This document shows, piece after piece, positions 35,880 through 40,996 of a stretch of 40,996 nt of DNA. A program made the position numbers and the translations under genes. The stretch covers positions 10,396 through 51,391 of the forward strand of contig JBBDRO010000021.1 of the NCBI GenBank assembly GCA_040905425.1. The letters are read 5' to 3'. The notes below the pieces were generated by a model, which did no database searches, had not been told where the DNA came from, and was given only the letters and a program-made list of their open reading frames with translations. How positions within the stretch are numbered: the stretch's first letter is position 1; each line of letters opens with the position of its first letter. This DNA comes from Gemmatimonadota bacterium (GTDB lineage Bacteria > Gemmatimonadota > Gemmatimonadetes > Longimicrobiales > RSA9).

Positions 35880-37501
35880 CAGCCCTCCTCCACGGCGCCG
35901 GCGCCGAGCCGTACCAGCTCATTCACCAGCGCGCCCCGCGCCCCGATGTTCTCGTAGCTGAGTCCCGCGAAGGCGTCATGGAGCTGCGCCACGCGCAGGA
36001 AGGCGTTGCCGGCGTCCGCGGGCGCCGCGCCGTCTCCCAGCCCGGCCAGGAGCACGCCCAGCACCTGCCAGGCGGGCCGCGCCATGGCGGGCGGCTGCAG
36101 GCCGGGCCAGAAGCGCTGCACCCTGCCGTCGGCGTTGGTGAAGGTGCCCTCCTGTTCGGCGTAGAGGGTCACCGGCAACACGTAATCCGCTCCGGACGCC
36201 GCCGCGCTCGCGTGCGTGGTCAGGTGGACGAAGAGTTCCGTTCCACGGGCAAAGCCCTCCGGCAGGTCGGCCAGATCGTCCCCCAGCACGATCAACACCT
36301 CCCCGGCGGTTGCCGCCAGACCGCCGTGGCCCTCGTCGTCTCCGACGCGGCTGAAGCCCATGAGCTCCAGCCCCTTCACGTTGGCCGCCAGATCCCGCCT
36401 CCGCCTGAGCGCCGGGAAGCCGGGGCACGTCTCCTCGTCCGCCGCGCGGGAGGAGCGGAAGACGGCCTCGCCGTCCCCGACCACCTCCGCCAGACGGGCT
36501 AACAGCCCGTTGTCCTCATTGCCCAGCACCGCGGAACCCACCACGCGCACCCGCGTGCCGCTCGGCAGAGCCTTCAGCCGCTCCACGAGCGAGATCACCG
36601 CCGCCTGCCAGGCGCTCTCGGCGCCGCCCACCAGGGGGCTCTCCAGGCGCGGCTGGCGGTTCAGCCACTCGTAGTTGTAGCGGCCGTAATCGCACATCCA
36701 GTACGAGTTGACCTCGGCGTTCTGCCGGGGCCGCAGCCGGGCCACGGCGTTGTCACGCCCGTCCAGATAGATGTTGCAGCCCTGTGAGCAGCTAGCGCAC
36801 ACGGAGGGCGTCCGATCCAGGTCCCAGACGCGCGCCTTGTGGAGGAAATCCTTGGACAGGAGCGCCCCCACCGGGCAGATGTCCACGATGTTGCCCGCCC
36901 AGAGATTCTCCCCCACGCCCTCGTCGTAGAAGGTGTCGATGACCGAGCGGTGGCCGCGCTGCACCACGCACAGGGCGTCCTCGCCGCCGATCTCGCGCAT
37001 GAAGCGCACGCAGCGCGTGCACATGATGCAGCGGTCGCCGTCGTAGAGGATGTCCCCGCCGAAGTCGTCCTGGCCGAGCACCCGCTTGGCCTCCAGCGAG
37101 CGCCCCCGGGCGCGTCCCTCGGAGTGCACGAAGTCCTGCAGCTTGCACTCGCCCGACTTGTCGCAGATGGGGCAGTCCAGCGGGTGGTTGAAGAGGTAGA
37201 ACTCGAGCGTGCCCTCCCGGGCTTTCAGGGCGCGCTCACTCTCCGTGTTGATGACCTGGCCGTCACCCACCGTGGTGACGCAGGCCGGAGCCAGCTTGGG
37301 CGCGCCCTCCACCTCCACCAGGCACATGCGGCACATGGCCGGCGCCGACAGCGCCGGGTGGTAGCAGTAGTGGGCAATGCCCAGCCCGATGCCCTCGGCG
37401 GCCTCGATGATGCGCGTCCCCTTGGGGACGCTCACCTCCACGCCGTCGATGGTGCAGGTCACCATGTCCGCGGCGCTGCTGCCTTCGTTCACGTTAGCCA
37501 T
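35879..37501 (-). CDS. nuoG: NADH-quinone oxidoreductase subunit G (compact, ~540 aa)
   Basis: CYH...CRMCLVE, HPLDCPICDKSGECKLQ, CIMCTRCVRF and CASCSQGC...C. Confidence 0.93.
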   Translation of the reverse strand: MANVNEGSSAADMVTCTIDGVEVSVPKGTRIIEAAEGIGLGIAHYCYHPALSAPAMCRMCLVEVEGAPKLAPACVTTVGDGQVINTESERALKAREGTLEFYLFNHPLDCPICDKSGECKLQDFVHSEGRARGRSLEAKRVLGQDDFGGDILYDGDRCIMCTRCVRFMREIGGEDALCVVQRGHRSVIDTFYDEGVGENLWAGNIVDICPVGALLSKDFLHKARVWDLDRTPSVCASCSQGCNIYLDGRDNAVARLRPRQNAEVNSYWMCDYGRYNYEWLNRQPRLESPLVGGAESAWQAAVISLVERLKALPSGTRVRVVGSAVLGNEDNGLLARLAEVVGDGEAVFRSSRAADEETCPGFPALRRRRDLAANVKGLELMGFSRVGDDEGHGGLAATAGEVLIVLGDDLADLPEGFARGTELFVHLTTHASAAASGADYVLPVTLYAEQEGTFTNADGRVQRFWPGLQPPAMARPAWQVLGVLLAGLGDGAAPADAGNAFLRVAQLHDAFAGLSYENIGARGALVNELVRLGAGAVEEG

Positions 37502-37511
37502 ACCGATTCGC

Positions 37512-38819
37512 TCAGTGCGCGGCCGCGAGCGCCGGAGCCTCCGGGGCCCGGCCGAACAGCGCAAGATAGTCGTCGCGAAATTTCTCGATGGAGCTGGCCA
37601 CCGGCGCCGCCGCCGAATCGCTCAGCACACAGATGGTGGTGCCCGTCATGTTGGCGCCCAGGTCCAGGAGGGTATCCAGGTCCTCCTCCGTGCCCTGCCC
37701 CACCTCGATGCGGCGGAGGATCTTGGCCAGCCACTCCGTCCCCTCGCGGCACGGTGTGCACTGCCCGCAGCTCTCGTGGGCATAGAACTCCACCATGCGG
37801 CGCACCTGCTTCACGATGTTCGTGCGATCGTCCATGACGATCACCGATGCCGTGCCGAGCATGCTGCCCGCCGCGGCCACACTCTCGTAGTCGAGCGCCA
37901 GGTCCTCACACTCGGCGGCGGTCAGGATGGGCACCGAGGAGCCGCCGGGGATGACGGCCTTGAGCTGGCGTCCGTCCCGGATGCCGCCACACACGTCGTA
38001 GAGGAACTCCTTCATGGGGAAGCCGAGCGGCAGCTCGTAGTTGCCGCGCCGCACCACGTGACCGGAGACGTTGAAGAGCTTCGTGCCCGGACTCTTCTCC
38101 GTGCCGAAGGAGCGATACCAGTCGGCGCCGTTCACGATGATGTGCGGCACCGCGGCCACCGTCTCCACGTTGTTGATGGTGGTGGGCTGACCGAACAACC
38201 CGGCCACCGCCGGGAAGGGCGGCTTGATGCGCGGCTGGCCGCGGCGCCCCTCCAGCGAGTTCATGAGCGCCGTCTCCTCCCCACAGATGTAGGCGCCCGC
38301 GCCCAGATGGAGGGTGACGTCGATGTCCACGCCCGAGCCCAGAATGTCCTTACCGGCCAGATTGGCCTGGTAGATCTCCTCGATGGCGCGCGCCATGATC
38401 TGCGCGGGTTCGAAGAACTCCCCGCGCATGTAAATGTAGACTTGGCGCGCGCGGATGGCGTGGGCCCCGATGAGCGCACCCTCGATCACCTGGTGTGGGG
38501 TCCAGCGCAGCAGCTCGCGGTCCTTGAAGGCGCCGGGCTCCGACTCATCGGCGTTGATGAGGAAGTAATGGGGCTGCTTGCTGTCATCCTTGGGCATGAA
38601 GGACCACTTCACGCCCGCGGGGAAGCCCGCGCCGCCGCGGCCGCGCAGGCCGCTCGCCTTGACCACCTCGATGACGTCGTTCGGCGCCATCTCGAGCGTC
38701 TGGGCCAGGGCCTTGTAGCCGCCCAGCGCCCGCCAGCCCTCGAGCGTGCGGGTGCGCGGATCGCCGAAGCCCCTGGTGAGGACCACCGTCTCCTTCTCGT
38801 GCCGGTACGGGTAGGCCAT
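37512..38819 (-). CDS. nuoF: NADH-quinone oxidoreductase subunit F
   Basis: GLRGRGGAGFP, NADESEPG, GAGAYICGEETAL and ESCGQCTPCREG. Confidence 0.97.
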   Translation of the reverse strand: MAYPYRHEKETVVLTRGFGDPRTRTLEGWRALGGYKALAQTLEMAPNDVIEVVKASGLRGRGGAGFPAGVKWSFMPKDDSKQPHYFLINADESEPGAFKDRELLRWTPHQVIEGALIGAHAIRARQVYIYMRGEFFEPAQIMARAIEEIYQANLAGKDILGSGVDIDVTLHLGAGAYICGEETALMNSLEGRRGQPRIKPPFPAVAGLFGQPTTINNVETVAAVPHIIVNGADWYRSFGTEKSPGTKLFNVSGHVVRRGNYELPLGFPMKEFLYDVCGGIRDGRQLKAVIPGGSSVPILTAAECEDLALDYESVAAAGSMLGTASVIVMDDRTNIVKQVRRMVEFYAHESCGQCTPCREGTEWLAKILRRIEVGQGTEEDLDTLLDLGANMTGTTICVLSDSAAAPVASSIEKFRDDYLALFGRAPEAPALAAAH

Positions 38820-38820
38820 C

Positions 38821-39522
38821 TCAGCCCTCCTTCCCGTTGGCGCCGCGCTCCGCGCGCAGGCGCTCGATGATGGCCGGCACGTCCTCCGGCGTCACGTTCT
38901 CGAAATAGCGCTCGTTGACCTGCACCGCGGTGGGAAAGCCGCACGCGCCCAGGCACTCGGCCTCGATGATGGTGAAATTGCCGTCCTCGGAGGTGTCCCC
39001 GGCCGCCGCGTCGACGGCGTCCAGGAAGGCCTCCATCACGTCATCGGCGCCGCACAGGTTGCAGGCCACATTGGTGCATACCTGCACTAGGTAGCTGCCC
39101 ACGGGGCGCTTGTTGTACATGGTGTAGAAGGTGGCCACGCCACGCACGGTGGCCGGATCCAGCTCCAGCACGCGCGCCACCTCGTCCATGGTGCCGGGAG
39201 AGACGTAGCCGCGGAGCTCCTGCGCCAGCGCGAGCACTGGCAGGAGCGCCCCGCGCTTCTCCGGATAGCGCGACAGGATCTTCTCCAGCCGCTCCCGGTA
39301 GGGGCCCTCGAAGAGCGGGGCATCGGGATCGCGCTCGGCCACCTGGAAGGGATAGGAGCAGGCCGCGCCCGCGGCGCCGCCCTCCGGAGGTCGCTTGCCC
39401 ACGTAGCTGGAGCCCCGGACGTCGCTTTCAGAGAGTGATTCGAACTCCCCCCGCTCCCCCGCCCAGCCCTCGTTGCCGCCCTGCAGGGGCGTGCGCTCGG
39501 GGGCGTCCGCCCGTGAGCTCAT
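38821..39522 (-). CDS. nuoE: NADH-quinone oxidoreductase subunit E with an N-terminal extension
   Basis: VATFYTMY, VCTNVAC and ECLGAC. ATGA overlap with the nuoD stop. Confidence 0.93.
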   Translation of the reverse strand: MSSRADAPERTPLQGGNEGWAGERGEFESLSESDVRGSSYVGKRPPEGGAAGAACSYPFQVAERDPDAPLFEGPYRERLEKILSRYPEKRGALLPVLALAQELRGYVSPGTMDEVARVLELDPATVRGVATFYTMYNKRPVGSYLVQVCTNVACNLCGADDVMEAFLDAVDAAAGDTSEDGNFTIIEAECLGACGFPTAVQVNERYFENVTPEDVPAIIERLRAERGANGKEG

Positions 39523-40793
39523 CGATCGATCTCCCCGAGGACGATGTCCAGGCTGGCGTTGACCGTGATGACGTCCGCCAGGAGGTGGCCCTCCACCATC
39601 TTCGGCAACGCCGAGATGTTGATGAAACTGGGCCCGCGGACGCGCCACCGCACGGGCTTCGAGCCGCCGTCACTGACCACGTACATCCCCAGTTCCCCCT
39701 TGGAGCTCTCCACACCGAACCAGCTCTCGCCGGCGGGCGCGTTCACGCCCTCCATGACCACCTTGAAGTGGTGGATCATGGACGCCATGTCCGTCATCAC
39801 GTCCTTCTTGCCGGGCAGGATCAGCCGCGGGTCGTCCACGTTGATGGGCCCGTCGGGCAGCCGCTCGATGGCCTGCTCGATGATGTTCATGCTCTGCCGC
39901 ATCTCCTCCATGCGGCACAGGTAGCGGTCGTAGCAGTCACCGTGCTCGCCCACCGGAACGTCGAAGTCGTAGGTCTCGTAGTCGTAGTACGGGCGGTCCT
40001 TGCGCACGTCGTAGGGCACCCCCGACGCGCGCAGGTTCGGCCCTGTGAGCCCGTAGTCGATGGCATCTTCGGCCGAGATGGCACCCACGTCCCGGTTGCG
40101 GCCGATCCACAGGTTGTTGTTGGAGAGCAGCGTCTCCACCTCGTCCAGCGTGCGACGACAGGATTCGATCCAGGTGCGCACGCCCTGGACGAAGCCGGGC
40201 GGCAGGTCCGCCATCATGCCGCCGATGCGGGTGGCGGACGTGGTGATGCGAGCTCCGGTCAGCGCTTCGTGCAGGTCGTAGACGCGCTCGCGCTCCTGGA
40301 AGGTGTAGAGGAAGACCGTCATGGCGCCGATGTCCAGCGCCGTGGTGCCGATCCACAGCAGATGGCTGAAGACGCGGTCCATCTCCATGAGCATGACGCG
40401 CACGACCTTGCAGCGCTCGGTCACCTCCACGCCCATGAGCTTTTCCACCGCCATGGCGTACGCGCAGTTGTAGATCAGCGGAGCCAGGTAGTCCATCCGG
40501 TCGGTCAAGGGGATGATCTGGTTCCACGTACGGTACTCGCCGAGCTTCTCGAAGCTGGAGTGCAGGAAGCCGATGTGCGGGATGCAGCGCACGATGGTCT
40601 CCCCGTCCAGCTCCACGACCAGCCGGAGCACGCCATGGGTAGCCGGGTGCTGCGGCCCGATGTTCAGCAGCATGTGCTCGCCACTCAGCTCCGGGTCGTG
40701 CTCCAGCGGCACCACGGGCGCCTGAACGGGCCGACCGTCCAGCCCCATCTCGGGATTGCGGGTGACCAGGTACTCCACGGTCCGCTTGCTCAT
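39519..40793 (-). CDS. nuoD: NADH-quinone oxidoreductase subunit D
   Basis: [20 protein letters not shown] and DIVLGEIDR. Confidence 0.97.
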   Translation of the reverse strand: MSKRTVEYLVTRNPEMGLDGRPVQAPVVPLEHDPELSGEHMLLNIGPQHPATHGVLRLVVELDGETIVRCIPHIGFLHSSFEKLGEYRTWNQIIPLTDRMDYLAPLIYNCAYAMAVEKLMGVEVTERCKVVRVMLMEMDRVFSHLLWIGTTALDIGAMTVFLYTFQERERVYDLHEALTGARITTSATRIGGMMADLPPGFVQGVRTWIESCRRTLDEVETLLSNNNLWIGRNRDVGAISAEDAIDYGLTGPNLRASGVPYDVRKDRPYYDYETYDFDVPVGEHGDCYDRYLCRMEEMRQSMNIIEQAIERLPDGPINVDDPRLILPGKKDVMTDMASMIHHFKVVMEGVNAPAGESWFGVESSKGELGMYVVSDGGSKPVRWRVRGPSFINISALPKMVEGHLLADVITVNASLDIVLGEIDR

Positions 40794-40996
40794 GCCCCCG
40801 CCTCCTGCCCGTGCCGATGCTTGTCCCCCGCGATGCCCAGCTCCTCCGGCGTGTAGTAGTCCTCCACCTCCATGGAGAGCGCCCGGCGTGTCTGCTCGGC
40901 GCGGCTGAAGCGGCCGCGCAAGGGGAAGTCCTTGCGCAGCGGATGCCCCTCGGCGTAGTTGTCGGGCATCATGATGCGGCGCAGGTCGGGGTGGCC
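40790..40996 (-). CDS. nuoC: NADH-quinone oxidoreductase subunit C, C-terminal part (5' end outside the window)
   Basis: [10 protein letters not shown]...[10 protein letters not shown]. Confidence 0.93.
   Translation of the reverse strand, partial: GHPDLRRIMMPDNYAEGHPLRKDFPLRGRFSRAEQTRRALSMEVEDYYTPEELGIAGDKHRHGQEAGA

Overview
Very GC-rich bacterial chromosomal window. Gene order and protein families suggest Gemmatimonadota, which is an inference and not a taxonomic assignment. Bases ~8.2-41 kb form one co-directional minus-strand run of housekeeping genes, in transcription order: nuoC(partial)-D-E-F-G-H-I-J-K-L-M-N, phosphomannomutase, UPF0182 membrane protein, carbamate kinase, sucC-sucD, a PTS-IIA/CBS fusion, ndk, yceD-rpmF-plsX-fabH-fabD-fabG-acpP-fabF, futalosine-pathway mqnE-mqnC, purE, ispF, dedA and xerD. 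Bases 1-8.2 kb are an accessory patch downstream of xerD. It holds a GH20 hexosaminidase lipoprotein (cut by the window edge), a DUF6922-like/AbiEii-type nucleotidyltransferase pair, an M14 peptidase, a carboxypeptidase-regulatory/plug-like secreted protein, an uncharacterised Trp-rich protein, a Rof-like Rho antagonist between two eroded lipoprotein remnants, and an HTH-MNT/HEPN pair. The most notable observations are: two nucleotidyltransferase toxin-antitoxin (TA)-like modules that share a TGAGGGG(T)TATCATAA upstream motif and bracket the putative anti-Rho gene; two genes whose coding signal begins without a canonical start codon, one with a 7-codon mini-ORF between ispF and dedA; and an MqnE with a CX5CX2C cluster motif. 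No tRNA, rRNA, CRISPR array or transposase was seen. All family calls come from motif recognition by eye; no searches were run.
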